Source of the DNA: Oikopleura dioica
Taxonomy: Eukaryota > Animalia > Chordata
Assembly: GCA_907165135.1 (NCBI GenBank)
Contig: OU015566.1
Span: 9,734,001 to 9,798,000, forward strand
Direction: 5' to 3'
DNA length: 64,000 nt
Both the position numbers and the translations under genes were made by a program. Within the stretch, counting starts at the first letter, position 1; every line of letters starts with the position of its first letter. Under the pieces are notes generated by a model that saw only the letters and a program-made list of their open reading frames with translations, searched no databases and was not told the origin of the DNA. Below are positions 14,501 through 27,863 of the stretch, one piece after another.

Positions 14501-15351
14501 CCTGTACCTTGGTGAAATGCAAATTTTAAAAATGACGTGGCCGTTGACTAATGTTGTTGATTAGGTTGGAAAATGCTCGTACAAATGGAGCGCGCCGGAA
14601 GTCATCAGCCAGAGGATGTACTCAGAGGCCTCAGATGTTTGGAGCTTTGGGGTGACCGCTTGGGAAATCATTAACTTTGGCGACGCCCCATACTGGGAGA
14701 TGAATGATGAAGAGGTAAGAATCGCCACTGATTGCTTTTTCCCTAGCTTTTCCTTTCATGATTTGATCATTCAACTAACTGTCTATTTTCAGGTCATTCG
14801 CAAGATCGAAACTGGTTACCGACTTCCTTGCAACACCAACTGCCCTCCCGCTCTCCAACAAATCCTTCTCGATTGCTGGAAATCCGCCTCTAACGAGCGT
14901 CCTCCCTTCAATCGAATCCTCAAGCAACTCGATCTTTCTCTTCGATCACCAAGCAACCGAACTAGCCAATATTCTGGCTCTTGCATGACTCTTGATTCCA
15001 ACGCGTCTTCTGCCAGCTCTCTCGGTCAATGGCTCGAGGGAATTGGCCTTGCTCAGTACCGAGAACGTCTTCAGCAAAATGGTTTTGGAACTTTGGATGA
15101 AATTATTCAAATGTCTAGAACGTGAGTAACACTCTTTTTCATCACTTCCATGAAAAGATTTTTCAACAAAAGATCAGTTTTAACTAATTTTCTTCAGTGA
15201 TATGCGAGACATCGGAATCAACTCTCTGAACGAGCAAAACCACCTCCAAGAATCCGCCCGAGCTTTTGCCCACTCGCGGACTCGCCAAACCATTCCATAC
15301 GGCAACAGATGTGATATGTCTCTCGAACGAGGAACAACTGTCGCTGTCTAA
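2521..15351 (+). CDS. Eph: Eph receptor, probable pseudokinase (LBD, Cys-rich, 2x FN3, TM, kinase, SAM, PDZ-binding tail); signal-peptide exon not found
   Basis: GT-AG exons with compatible phases: 2521-2585 (LLLDTRQATTDLGW), 5636-5793 (WDEISG..QNWLRTNYI), 7993-8107 (CRETFNL), 8387-8506 (VDTVAAD), 8821-8979 (DTGACMAL), 10048-10165 (PKLYCNAKGEW), 11593-12278, 12803-13226 (TM GAIAGAAAGGAVILIMLVVFLVIC), 13595-13848, 14247-14444 (HRDL), 14565-14714 (SDVWSFGV), 14793-15121 (SAM), 15198-15351 (ends TVAV*). Counting these 13 segments, the gene has at least 13 coding exons. Confidence 0.95.
4750..4784. repeat. Perfect 13-bp GC-rich inverted repeat in Eph intron
   Basis: ATCACCCGCCGAG (4750-4762) and CTCGGCGGGTGAT (4772-4784), 9-nt loop TGATAAAGG. 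Confidence 0.85.
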
Positions 15352-16300
15352 GTGCGAACTTCCTGTATTTATGTTACACGACCTTTGCTTATTTAAAGAA
15401 TTCCTTATAAATCGTTTTTATGCGAGTTAGATGGAATTCAACCGCTGCCAAAAACTCTTATTTTTACGATGAAAGTCGTAGAAAAAACCTTGTATATTTG
15501 TTACTTGAACAGACAAATCTTCAACAGACATAAACTGCTATTTATGCTGGTCAAACTAAATAAAGAACAGCTCAAACCAAACGACTTGTATTTTAGTTTT
15601 TCATTAAAAAGCATCTTTGTTCCAAAGTTACTAAGTAATCAGCTAGATAAGTTCGCTAATGATGCTTTTACGCCCGTCCTCGAGGGAACACTAATTGAAC
15701 AAAATTAACCAAAATTGTCCAAAACAGCAAAAAAGGTCGTCTCGTAAAATAGGGAAACTAAAGTATTTGATGTTTACTCAAAAATACGTTTTCAAGCTTG
15801 TAAAAGGGCAAGATTCAATTAAACGTCAGCCGCCAGATTTAGCACTAGTTTATTGAACAATTGCATGATGCTGAACCTCAAAGGCATTTATCCCGAGGAA
15901 TATTCACGTTTGAAAAACGCTGATTTCTGTTTATTGAAATTGGTTGGAACTCGTCGGTTTGCCGGTAGAAGGCTGCGTTCACCGGTGGCAGTGGTCAATT
16001 TATGAGCCTCTTGGTCCTTCCATGTTTACTGCTTTGTTTACCCTTTGGGGATTAAAATGACAAGTCCCAGCTAAACATTGTGCGGTAACGCCAATCCGAC
16101 GAGTTGAAGGTCCAAAAAATCTAAATCAACCGAAAAATATTCATTTGGAAATCAAAATAAAAAAAAAACAATAATATTTTATGATCCGCTTTTTAAAATA
16201 TCCTTTGATCTTCTGCGAAACGTTCCAATAAAATTGAAAATTTTGAATAGATAATTTTGTTTTGTTGGCAATTTATGGAAAAACAATGAGTGTATTTTTA

Positions 16301-16824
16301 TTATAAGGATTCTGGGTTGAAAATTTTCGAGATGATGGATTTTTTGTTGGCAGATTTTTGCAGTCGTAATGATATTTTCTTGAAGCAGTCGAAATGAATA
16401 TCGAAATTTGCTCTCGTTACTTTCTCCTTGCATTCCAAACAACCTATTGAATGCAAGCAATTTTTCTCGTGATTTCTAAACTCTTTGTAAGGTATTGATT
16501 CGTTGCACTCTTCTGCAGGACAAATAATTCGTATTTGGCTTAAAAATAAGGCAAGAAATCTTGATGGTCTATCACTGAGCTGTTCGGAACAGAGAGGGCA
16601 AAAAGGTACGATTGATCGTGTGTAGTAAACCATTTGCAGACAAGATTGACAACAATATTTTCCACAACAATTCGTTTCGACGGGACCCTGATCAGAGTCA
16701 AAATCGAGTAAATATCAAGTCATACCTCAAGTATAAAGTGACATACCGAGCAGTGAATATCACCTTTCAGATTCTCTAAAAAATTATTGCCGAAGGAATA
16801 GTCGATTTTAGCGTCAATACCCAT
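16301..16824 (-). CDS. Small RING plus zinc-finger protein (TRAF/RAG1 N-terminus-like)
   Basis: Exon 1 16824-16726 (MGIDAK..CSVCHFILE), 38-bp GT-AG intron 16725-16688, exon 2 from 16687 (GPVETNCCGKYCCQSC..CPLC..CPAEECNE..HEKNC..CLEC..HFDC) to TAA at 16301. The 3' end is uncertain. Confidence 0.75.
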
Positions 16825-19559
16825 TTTGAAATGGCAAAATTCATTCCTATGAATTCTCTATGAAGCTAAAGGGTAAACACTACTGAAAGCCTCACCACAG
16901 ATATCGTTACTATTGGCCCAAACAATAACAAAATAACGTTGAGATTGTCAGTCCAAAGATTTTTTTGTAACAAGGAAAAGATAGAATGGAAAAAGACTCG
17001 AAGGAAATGAAAATTTCATTTTGAGGTCGTCAGTTTGCGAGTGCGGTGGAGGGGGAACCGTCCAAACCACCGCCGAGATCGCTTTACGCCAACACGTTTT
17101 CAGCACGCAGAAATAATATTAACTGAGCCAGAGTTTGCACAACGGATAGTCACTTTAACTCCACCAGAGTTGATCTTTTTGCGCAAGAACTCACGTGTCC
17201 TTCCATTATTATCATATTAGATTTTCAACAAGCTTTAAACTTGTCCTCTGACTCGCACCAATAAGTTGGAAAAGAAGAGCCAATGGGTTAAATTAAATTT
17301 TAAGAGATGAATCGTCTTCTTCGAAAAACAAATTGCGCTAAGAGTGTTGATTCAGTGACCTTCTATTGTTTTTGATTAAAAGCGGTCCTTGACTTCTTTC
17401 ATAATGTACATTAACTAACCGATCGGAACCACTCGTGCCGGGCACAATTTGTGACATCGTTCAAGTGACACTGAGATGGCTCGAGAGGAGGTTAACAATA
17501 ACTTCAAATTGAATCGGAGAATATGTACAAACAGTAAGTTCGTACTACTGTTATCGGGTTGAAGATAATCGCGACCGGCGTAAACGTCCGGATTTTATTT
17601 AACCCGCTGCGGGAAGAAAAACATCCGATTTGCAGGGCGAAGATACGATTTACGTCGACTTTTTGGAAAGATTGTTTACCCGCGCTGCCCAACAACCAGA
17701 CGTTTTTATGCAACTTCTTCTGTTCAATTGAAATATCGAAAAGGGAAGGCTTCTTTTTCTTTGGTCGGCGAAAATGCTCACGCGTAATAAATTTGCTTTT
17801 GCGTGGAATTGAAAATTCTAGCGTTGAGTTTGTGCAGATGGCGATGCTGTCTTTGCGCGACTAATGGGGTTTTACCGAATCCAGTGATTTTGTGCTTTTG
17901 ATGTTTTTGCACAGTTTCAACCTGGACAATTTCAAGAATCAATTTCATTTCAACCCGTTTCCTCAAATCGATCAAACTGTTTTACCAAAACTCACTTCTA
18001 GCAAAAAAAGTTCTCACTTCCAATAAATTGGTTACATCGCTCAATTGGGTTAAAATTTTCTGTGAGACGGAAAAAATGGAACGCTCTTGAATATCATCCG
18101 CCCGTTTCTGTGATTTTCTTTAGGCGACAATTCGCCAATTTGTCATACACGAGTTATCTTGACTGGAAAATGGGTTCACCAAAGTCCTTATAAAACGAAG
18201 GGCCAAAAAGTACTCCGCCAAAACGGTGAGTTAGAAATCATGTCGAATACTTCCATTCTGATAAGTTATCAAAAGCGCCGATTCCTTCCTCTGCCGGCAA
18301 GAATAGAAGCCGATCTCCCAACTATCCTTTAGATGTGTCCATTTACATGAAGCTCATTTTTCGCGAAAATGGATTCAAGTGCCTCTGTCACTTGTACGCG
18401 CCTCGCTTCCAAAGCTGACGTGTCTCAATTCCAAAGTTCCGACAGCATGTGCAAATGTCTTTCATCACGCCGCGCAGGGTCCCATCAAGTTTGAAAGAAC
18501 CCGACAGTTTTCTTAACTGGACGACTTCAAGCGTCATTTAGGACTGTTCCGGCTTTATATACTTTTTGAAAAAATATTTTATGGTACTTTAGTACCTCAA
18601 GTAAGGATCTCCAAAAATAATTCAAATCATTATTAGTACTTGCCAAATTTGATCATCTATATTAAAATTCTTATTCGGCTATATTTTTCAAAAATTATGA
18701 TCCCCGTATTACTTCTTCTCAATTGGCTCCTTTATTCGAGAAAAAAACTGATAAAAATGAAAAGGTTAATAGATTCAAGCGCAGCTGTTTAATAAAATTC
18801 TGCAATCTCCCCCATTTTCCCATCATAAAATAAAATTGCTCCAAATGTAAAGGTCAGCTCGTAAGTTCCACCGACGCTTGTACCCTTCTCCACTCCCAGC
18901 AGCTGTTTTTTCAAATCTCCCTCTTCCCCAACTGGCCAATTTCCAATTTCGCCAATTCGAAAATTTCAAACCCACTGGCTCCGTTACATTCTGTTTGTTT
19001 TGGTTGCTCCCTGTAGCGGTGAAATTCCGGGGATTTTTTGAGAATAGCTCCTCGAGCATTTCCTTGATAGAAATCTGCATAATTAATTCCAAGCGCTCCA
19101 AAAAGCGCAACTAAGACTACTGACGAGAAGAGTAAACGAATGCAAGCGGAAATTGAGGGTTTCCGGTCCTGGGATGAATAGCTCTGATTTGTTGAACGGT
19201 TAGACCGTGAACTCTTTGAAGGGAAATTTCAAGGGATGAAAAATAGACTCCAGTTTTGGATCAAAAAACGATCAATCTCTGCTTCCATTCTTGTTTCTGC
19301 CAAAACAGGGCAGAGCATCAAATATTGTCAATATGAAAGTACCCCGATTTTAGGACAAGCTCCAGCGAAATTATTCAACACAAATAAAATACCCAGTTAT
19401 CAAGGCGCCTTTGGTTTATTTTTAATCAAACTTGATCAACGACCGATTGCGCGTTTTTTTTCTGTCGATCTTTGTTATTTAAAAAAAAGTCATGGAGAAC
19501 TCGAAAACCGCAAAATATTTTTGATAAAGAACGATAGTGACCAAGAGTCAAGTGGCGTC

Positions 19560-20386
19560 GGCTCACTCCGCTTTGTGTTGGTGCTAAAAACTCACAGTGG
19601 CCAGGTACGGGCAAGGTGTCAAGCTGTGCAAATAGGATGCAAGGAGTTCACCGACATGTGATACCCACTGCGAAGTCCCGCAGAGACTGCTCCTAGCACC
19701 AACACTGAGCAAGGCTCGGTGTGAGATGGATTGAGCAAAAGTTAACACAAACAAGGGGACTGATCTGCAAACTCGGATCAAGCTCAGCCGGTTAAAAATG
19801 AAGATATAGAAGAATAAAAATTGAATTTTTATGAAATCTCCCCTTATAAGGTTATTTTTTACGGAGATTTCGATTATCAAGCCCAAAATCATCTTCATCA
19901 AAAAAATCTAGATTCCCTTGGTCATAATAAAGTTATGAGAATCGAAAAATATAAGAATCGGAATCGCTATCTATAATCTGCTCTTTTTGCCTTAGCACAT
20001 TTTGAGACTATTTCTGGACTATATCTTGAGCAGACAATACCAATTGGTACCCGAACTTTCTTGTCAAGGGCAGGCTAGGTGAGCTATATTCCATAGCCTA
20101 TGGACCAAAGCCTATGGTCAGATAAATATATTTTCGGTCTCAGAATTAAAATCTACAAAAAATTACTCTACAAAGTTTTATGAAATTCCAATTTTTTATT
20201 ATTTTACAAATTCACTTTTGAGCTTATCCTCGGCTAAGCTTGCTGATTTTGGAGGACCAGTCTCTGCAGGACATCGCAGCAGGCTGCGCGTGTCGGTGTG
20301 CCCGTTGCATCCTATTTGCACAGCTTGACACCTGCCTGTACTTGGCCACTGCGAGTTTTTAGCACCAACACAAAGCGGAGAACCCC
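19560..20386. mobile_element. 827-bp non-autonomous TIR element, 8-bp TSD, GG termini (Merlin- or hAT-like)
   Basis: TSD GTGGCGTC at 19552-19559 and 20387-20394. About 135-bp imperfect TIRs (about 18 differences in 129 aligned columns). No internal transposase ORF. Confidence 0.8.
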
Positions 20387-22105
20387 GTGGCGTCCAGTTT
20401 GAAGAAAAATTTCGGTTTCGGACACTTTTGAGAACACTCAAGCCGCCGAATAGGGAATTTCTAGTTTTGGTCAATTCAACCGTTCCAAAAAAAACGCAGT
20501 GAAAGCCATAAACACTTGAAATATTCACGCGCTCGAGTTTGAAATAAAGATTTCGAATATTTACACACGCGAAGTATGGTAATGAATTTTTCCATCCAGC
20601 GTTTCTGATTGGTTGAACGCATCTTTTTCAAGTTCAGCCAATAAGAGGCTTGGATGGTAAAATTTATTGTACGAGTAAGCTGCTGTAGGTGCGAAATGGC
20701 TTGCTGAGTATGGTTTATTCTGATTTTGGTCAGATATTCTTTTCGAAGAGCTGGAAATTCTCGAGAGCGATTCAAAGATCCGTTGTGAATATTTCAACTA
20801 AGCCCAATGATTAGGTTTTCACTGTTACCGCTAAGAACAAACCGCTTTAACGAATTGGCGGTCGGTTGAGTTATTACTCACCGCCCGGTCACTTTTCCGC
20901 GCAGCTCAAAAGGTCAAATGATGATAACCATCCCTAAGCCAAATGTAGTTTGCGAAGAGATAAAAGCCTTCCAAGATTGGCTCAGCTCCGTATTTCTTGG
21001 ATATTCATAGTTGTACTGCAGTAGTAGAACCGGAAAAGGACTCAGATTCGTGAAAAAGCCGATGCTAATGAAAGGGCGAGCAATTATGAGGAGGCGAATT
21101 TTGAGGGCTCGTCAATAGAGCTCTGGAATAACTACTTTTTTGGACAAATGGATTAGGCAGAATCGTGATGAGTTAAGTGCACAACGGTTCAACTGAAACC
21201 AGAACTAGCCATTATTCGAGTGACAGACAGTTTTCATCATAAAAACACGTGTTTTCCCCAAAATCTTAGAAAGCATGAAAACTTGCTGAAAAGCTTATTT
21301 CTCCAAATAATTGGTCATTTATCTTGAAAAGGTAATTCCACCACTGTCATCGAGAAAAAGTAAAATTACTTGACACAGGTCGTTTTCACGTTCCGACCAC
21401 TTTCATAATAAACAATACGCCGGCTGAAATAATTTTCCACGAGCTTGTGAAAGCGGGATATTATCGACAAATTTAGAGAATTTTACAAGCGTAAAGAACA
21501 CGGGTTCCCGTCGTGCTCGTGTTCCGAATTTTTAAATGTTAATATACGGAACACTTTGAGTTTACTCTAAGAGCTGTCGCTAGAATTTTTAAGAGCGGTT
21601 TCTATCTTAGAAGCTCAACTTTTCTTTAGACGAGCATTTTACCTATAATTTTTTACAGCTCAAATTAGGTTATCCAATCTCCAATTTTATAGTGACATTC
21701 TGAGTGTTAAAAATATTCCCGCCCGATTACCGCACCCGGAAAAGAGTTTGTTGGAACAAACGGCTGTGGCACGTGAGTGCGGATATTTACCGGTTACAGC
21801 AAAATGCGGTGAGAGAGTCTGACGCGCGAGGGTTAAACAAGACAGCTGCTGGAGTCTGCTTCGAGGATTGAAAGACAATTGCCAACAACTCGGCGATTAT
21901 TTTGACGCTATAAACAACGAGGTTTAGAAAATCTTCAAGAAAAGACTGTACGGATATCAGAACTCAATTAAAGTTCCTCCTATTAAGTATTTGATAAATA
22001 GCCTTACAGGAAATAAATCATTCTCTATAATAACTGCTGTTGTTTGCTGAACTCAGCCGGAAAAAAGAGGCCTTACCTTAATATCAGTAGCAAAATTTTT
22101 CGCAA

Positions 22106-23671
22106 ATGAGAGTTTTGATTCTTCTTCTTTTTGAGATTACAGTGGCGGATAAATGCAATGAAAAAAGTATTGATGCTTCACACTAAACCTAATTCACGAA
22201 AAATTTCAGCCGAAGAAATTTTAGAGCTGTGTATCGCTGATTGACAATTCAGATTTTAAAACATCAATGTAACATACCATGGAGTTTTACTCTTGATGGA
22301 GAAAGCCCCTATATGCGTATTAAGGACCCCCGTCAGCTCTTTCCTTCGAAAAATAGAAATTTTAAAAAAACACCATATTTTTGGTTTTAAATGCGTCCTT
22401 AGGTTAAACTTGCTACAAAAACGTGATAAGAGGAAGTTTTGACCAAGAAAAATCAATATTTTTGCCAAAATTGGGGCAAATTTGTCAATTTTTGGCGAAA
22501 AGTCCAATTTTCAAACGCGATTTTGAGGGTGTTAGAGTCGAGATAGACCCCCAAAAAATGAAGCCTCAAAATCGTTTTTTGACCTGAAGAATCCATTTCT
22601 GGGGTCAAAATTTTAAAATTCCAAAATTTGATTTTTCGAAAAAAGCTGACGGGGGGGTCCTTAATATAATTTTACATAATGTATTTCTTTTGCAAAATCT
22701 TTAAAAGCTCAGCATTTGAATGTGCTAGAAAGTGCAGAGAGGATTTCGAAGATTTCATTCAATCTTGCTTTGAATATCGATCAAGGCTGCCGAGAATTAC
22801 TTCATCATGGAGTATACCCGACTCAAACTACACAGATCCTTACACCCGAAACTCATACTTCGGCCGTGATGGTCGAGATGGAATGAATGGAAGAGATGGT
22901 AGAGACGGCGTCGAAGGTGTAAAAGGACAAAAAGGAGAAATCGGTCCTATTGGAGAAAAAGGAAATCAGGGAGACTCTATTCCAGGGCCCGCTGGAGTTG
23001 TTGGCGAGAAAGGTGTTCCTGGTATTCAAGGCGAAAAGGGTGAAACTGGACAAATTGGCGATAAAGGAGATAGAGCTATGTTTATAAATTGATCTTTTGT
23101 GTTACTAGAGTAAATAGACAGATTAATAGTAAGTGATGAAATAAACAAAATGAAGGAGACGATTGCAAGCCACCTCCACGGATTAGTTTCACTGTTGCAT
23201 TATCTGAAACATTTTCCACAGAAAATAGTATTGTTATTTTTTATCAGCTGATCACAAACAAAAACAATATTGGTGGAGAAGCATACAATATGAGAACAGG
23301 GATATTCACTGCTCCAGTTACAGGAACATATTTTTTTTCTGCAAGTGCTCGGTAAGGAATCTATATAATTAATTCCATAATTATATTTTTCAATAAATTA
23401 AGTGGTAAAGACAAAAGAACGGTCCTCCATCTTCGCCAAAATACTAAAATGATGGTCAGCGGGAAAAACAATGCGGTAAGTGAATGATCGCTCAGATTAA
23501 TCTGATGCTTTTCAGAATAAATTTAGTACGTTGTCTTGTTCTGCTGTTTTGTTTCTTCAAAAACGTGACACTGTCGACTTGCTGTTGAGGCACGGAGAGA
23601 TACTTGGCTACACAGATTCAGATGGTCATACAACTCAATTTTCGGGATTTTTGATTTCACAGGAGGACTGA
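22106..23671 (+). CDS. Secreted collagen plus C1q-domain protein
   Basis: Signal peptide MRVLILLLFEITVA at 22106; Gly-X-Y run about 22860-23066; C1q exons RISFTVAL..YNMRTGIFTAPVTGTYFFS (23156-23351), 23403-23475 and 23517-23671 (TQFSGFLISQED*). The 5' junctions are uncertain. Confidence 0.8.
22324..22660. mobile_element. 337-bp MITE with TTAA TSD and GG termini (Kolobok-like), in an intron of the C1q gene
   Basis: TTAA|GGACCCCCGTCAGCT...AGCTGACGGGGGGGTCC|TTAA; TTAA at 22320-22323 and 22661-22664. Confidence 0.8.
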
Positions 23672-26600
23672 TATCTTCAAAAAAATAAATTTTCAAGCCA
23701 GAAATAATTTGTTTTCTTTCAAGAACTTGAACAATTTTTCGGATAAAAGCCAAAACATTGATGAGATCATTTTTTACTCTGGTCAAATCTCGGGCTTCTC
23801 AGACTCTCCCTTGACATGGTTAGATGTCATCGTTGACATTTCCGGCTGAAGTAGGCGCAAGAGGATAAGAGATGTAAGACTAAATGTTGTTGACGTGGGT
23901 GCGCTCTAAACAGTGAGAAACATAATGAGATCACTTTGTGTTTCAGAGGGGATTGCTTTGTATCTTTTCCCTCTGGAAAGAGAGCACAGATGAAAGTTAA
24001 TAAAGAGAAATTCTACTTTGTATCAATATTGTATTTATGGGTATTTCTTATGGCAAGCACTTACTGAAATCGATTCGAAAACAAATCTGTAAATGACTTC
24101 CGCAGCGAAATGGTTGTTGATTTATTTTTACCTAGTTTTGATAGAACATGAAATCGACCAATTAATTATTGAGAGGCTCCTTCGAAGCATCTATTCAATA
24201 ATAAACGTGTGTGGCTTTAAGTGTGCGCCGTCAATGAGTCCGCGGTATAAATGATTTTGGGCGACCACGTTGGCCAGATTGAAAGTGGCAATTAGAGTGT
24301 CCACATCGTGTTATCACTGCTCGTGAAGTAGAAGGGAAGATTTCAACCCGCCAGAGAACTGATAGTGTCGCGCTGCGGCCGACCAGTCCGGCTGGAACCA
24401 ATTCAGATTTACAAGTGCTTCCACAGCTAGCTGGTCTTCCACTAAATCGATGATCGACTGTCAACTGTTGAAAAAACAACGTTCCAGGAAAATGATGATT
24501 CCTTTACAAAGCGCGTACGGGAGCACTTGAGCTCGTGAATTGGCCCGTTTTGCTTCACTAAATTATTGTGGCGATTTTTCGGAAATTGCCATCAACAGGC
24601 CCAAATCCGAAGTTCCCGATTTCAAGTGCTTTGCCTTTTGCACTCCTCTGGTGGCATTCCTTAGTGAGAGATATCACGTGTACGGGACGCCTTATCGCAC
24701 TTCAACTTTTGTCAATTTGGTGATAAGGAGTGCACCTTATCGAAAAATGATACAGATAAAACGAAAACGTAGAACTTATCATAATATTTTCATTTAACAT
24801 AAAACAGCACGAAAACGCTTACGAAATAAAGTCTAAAAATTAACCGTTTTTTGACGGTCTTATTAGGGCAAACCCCTGTAGCTACCGTTCTGCAAACAAA
24901 AAGAAATATCAAAGAAAAAAGCACCGCGACGAAAAATTATGAGCACACGTAGTAAAGGCCGTTTATCTTTCTCGTGGAGCAAACTGATAAGGCAAAAAAC
25001 AAACACAAGAGAAAAACTATTGCCAGACTTGGAGCATTTCCAGTGGAAATTTTCCACCTTTCCATATCTTCTTTACTTTTACCACTGCTTGCATGTTTTT
25101 TGACGGTGATACGGCCTAATTCTTCGGCTTGGAGGCCGAAGGATGGATGCGTGAAAGAACACTGATTCTTTTTCTTCTTCTTATCGAAATCTCCCATTGT
25201 ACTGCAGGTGTTTAAAAGTACATTTGTTGATCAGAAAATGTATTTAGATACGCTTCCTTTCTCTAGAAAGCGGAGAAGAAAGTCGGAATTGTAATTATGA
25301 TTAGCGTGAGCGCTGAAATCGGAGAGACGAAGCCGGATGCTCCTAATTGAAACGGCCTTCGGAACTTTTCCGTTATCAGCCCGGAACGGTTCGGTTTTCG
25401 CTCTGACAGGAGCAGCTCATGAATTCCCAGCCAAGAAGGCATCATTGATCAAGTTCATGGAAGCGCGTAAAACAACATAAGCAGTACCAAGAGGCTCTTT
25501 ATCTAATTGGATGATGACACTCTTCTGAGCACTCTTGATTTCCGCTTAATTCGGCTCGAGAGAGGACTTGCATGAGAACCAGTTCCCTTGCAAGTTTCTT
25601 ATGCAACCGCTCATTTGTTCGCTCAAATGACGGTCATTTCTCTTCATCCCCTCTTGAATGATTCTAGACGGGCGCGTAAATATTTGGACAAAACAGGCTC
25701 CCCATTGGAATTGATTTCGAAAATAAAAAATGTATTTTGAGTGGGTACATTTTTCAAAGGGCAAACTGTTCTCTAACCAGTTGCTGTTTTTCAAACAAAA
25801 CGGGTAGTTTTGCCAAATCAACTAAGGCGGACTGCGCTCTTTAGTTTTCATAACCAATAGACAATGATTGAAAGGTTTCCTTTGAATTTATCAATATATT
25901 AGCCTCTTGCAAGTCTCAAAAAATACTCAAAAATATCAAAAAGAGCAAAGTTTTTTTAAAAAGTAAAAACATAAAAGTTAGAAAGTTGCTGTTTTGAAAC
26001 CACATGTTTATTCTTACATGTGTACCTTTTTTGGAAAATTATGCAAAAATACACTGCCAGGCTCCAGGATTGGCGACTTCCGACATTCTTGAGGAAAGTC
26101 GATGACTAGTCGTCCATGCTTCATGTAACTTTCCGGTATTTCCGGAAATGCCAAAGCCTAAACCTTCTAATTTCAAAATTAACCAGATTTGAACCTCCAA
26201 ATTTCCCTTTTTTGTTCATTCAAGGAATTGAGGGAATCGCATGTCTTTTCTTAGCAGACACATTTTTCGTTATTAAATTGGGAATCATAAAAATAGAAAG
26301 AAACAGATGTTCAAACGGGGGCGGGAAACAAGTGTTTCAGGAGCCGGTAAGACCTGTTAGATCTTGTGAAATGCTGTGTTTGGGCTTGTTCAAGTGTCAA
26401 AACTCGTGACAGTAAGTGTGTCGCGCGGATAATTTTCTTGAGAATTATTTCATTTCGAAGACTTTTTCATGTGCTCAAAGTTATTTCGAGCCCGATTTCA
26501 GTGGTGTTTGAGGATAAATGGATAAGTAAAAACGGGATCCGCAAGAATTCATCAATCCAAAATATAAAGTTCCGTTGAGGTCAGGAATGATGGACCGATT

Positions 26601-27863
26601 AGGCGATAAATTTGGACTGATAACATGAACTTCTCGTATCTGGACCAGCACCCGCTAAAAGTAGAGTTTATTCCCTCGTTGTGTTCGCACGTGAGCTGTC
26701 TTTATAATTGCAATTCAGCGCGACCTCTGATTGTCCCTTGACTGGAATAATCCCTTCTGAGCCGTTTAAAGAACCCGATTCAGGCGCCTGTCTTCCGCTT
26801 TCCCACAACAAACGATCTCTGCTCCAGCTACAAACTCTTCGCGAAGCCTCCTCGATCGAAATAATTAATTCACTAGAATCAACCCTGCCGCTAATCCCCG
26901 TCCAATCAAACACAAGCAGACGGTTAAAATATTTACGCCAAACGATAATGGTACCATTACGCGCGAATCTGGTAGCTCCACCGACGGGGCCAAGAATTTT
27001 CTTTGTGATGATTCCACCCTTTTCAAATATTTTAACTCGTTCGCGCAAAAAGGCACCTAAACAAAAAAAAGCTCACGGAACATGCGTCTAAAATTTGAAA
27101 ATGCAGTCTCGAGGCCAATTGTTTGTAAACCTTACTTGGACGGTTGAAACTTGAAAGACTGTACTTAGAATAACGAATCCATGTTTGGTGATTCATAAAA
27201 TCCACTGTGTAATTAAGACGCTATAATTGCAAAAAGATAAGCGCCCTGCTAAGAAAGGAGACCGCAGATTTTTGCGAAAAAGCCGCATAATTACAGATGC
27301 GATATGGAGAGAAGGAACACGTGATAATAACTCATTTACATACTGTTACATGATCCATCGCCTGGTGAGCTTATCAGTATCCAGATATTGACCTCTATCA
27401 CGGGAATTCTGAAATAAGCAATTAAAATTCCGAGGGGACTGAACCGAGCTAGTCCTGTTTTTCATATTCGTTGACAAAAGTGATACCGGAAAGTAGTGGG
27501 CCAAAGATAGCATCAGTTACCGATCAGATTCTTTCACCATTTGGTCAAACAGGTTTCATGCTATCTTTTCTCATTTTATTCAAAGTTTGAAATTCAAACT
27601 TTGAATCTCAAACTAATGAATTGACAGTAGAATTCCTTTTGGTAACCAGTGGTTACTAACCACCTATCTGAGCAAACCGGCCAAGGAAAATACATTTTTG
27701 ACTTGAGATTTGCATAGACAGATAACGTTATAATAGTAAGGATATGAAGATAAATATCACGACATCCGCTCATTCACTCTGGTACAGTCAACTCTGGCGC
27801 ATACAGAAGCAAAGAAAATCTAAAAGTCACCAACAGAAAAATCTCAAAGAATTGACTTATCGA

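Noticed and set aside
15400-16300. RAG1/Transib core downstream of the RING gene
   Set aside because: AT-rich sequence with no long ORF, no DDE motifs and no TIRs.
17475-18021. Small spliced plus-strand gene (MAREEV..)
   Set aside because: Splice signals exist, but several frames are equally possible and no domain is recognisable.
24000-27100. Short ORFs on both strands
   Set aside because: No consistent exon chain or motif found; left unresolved.
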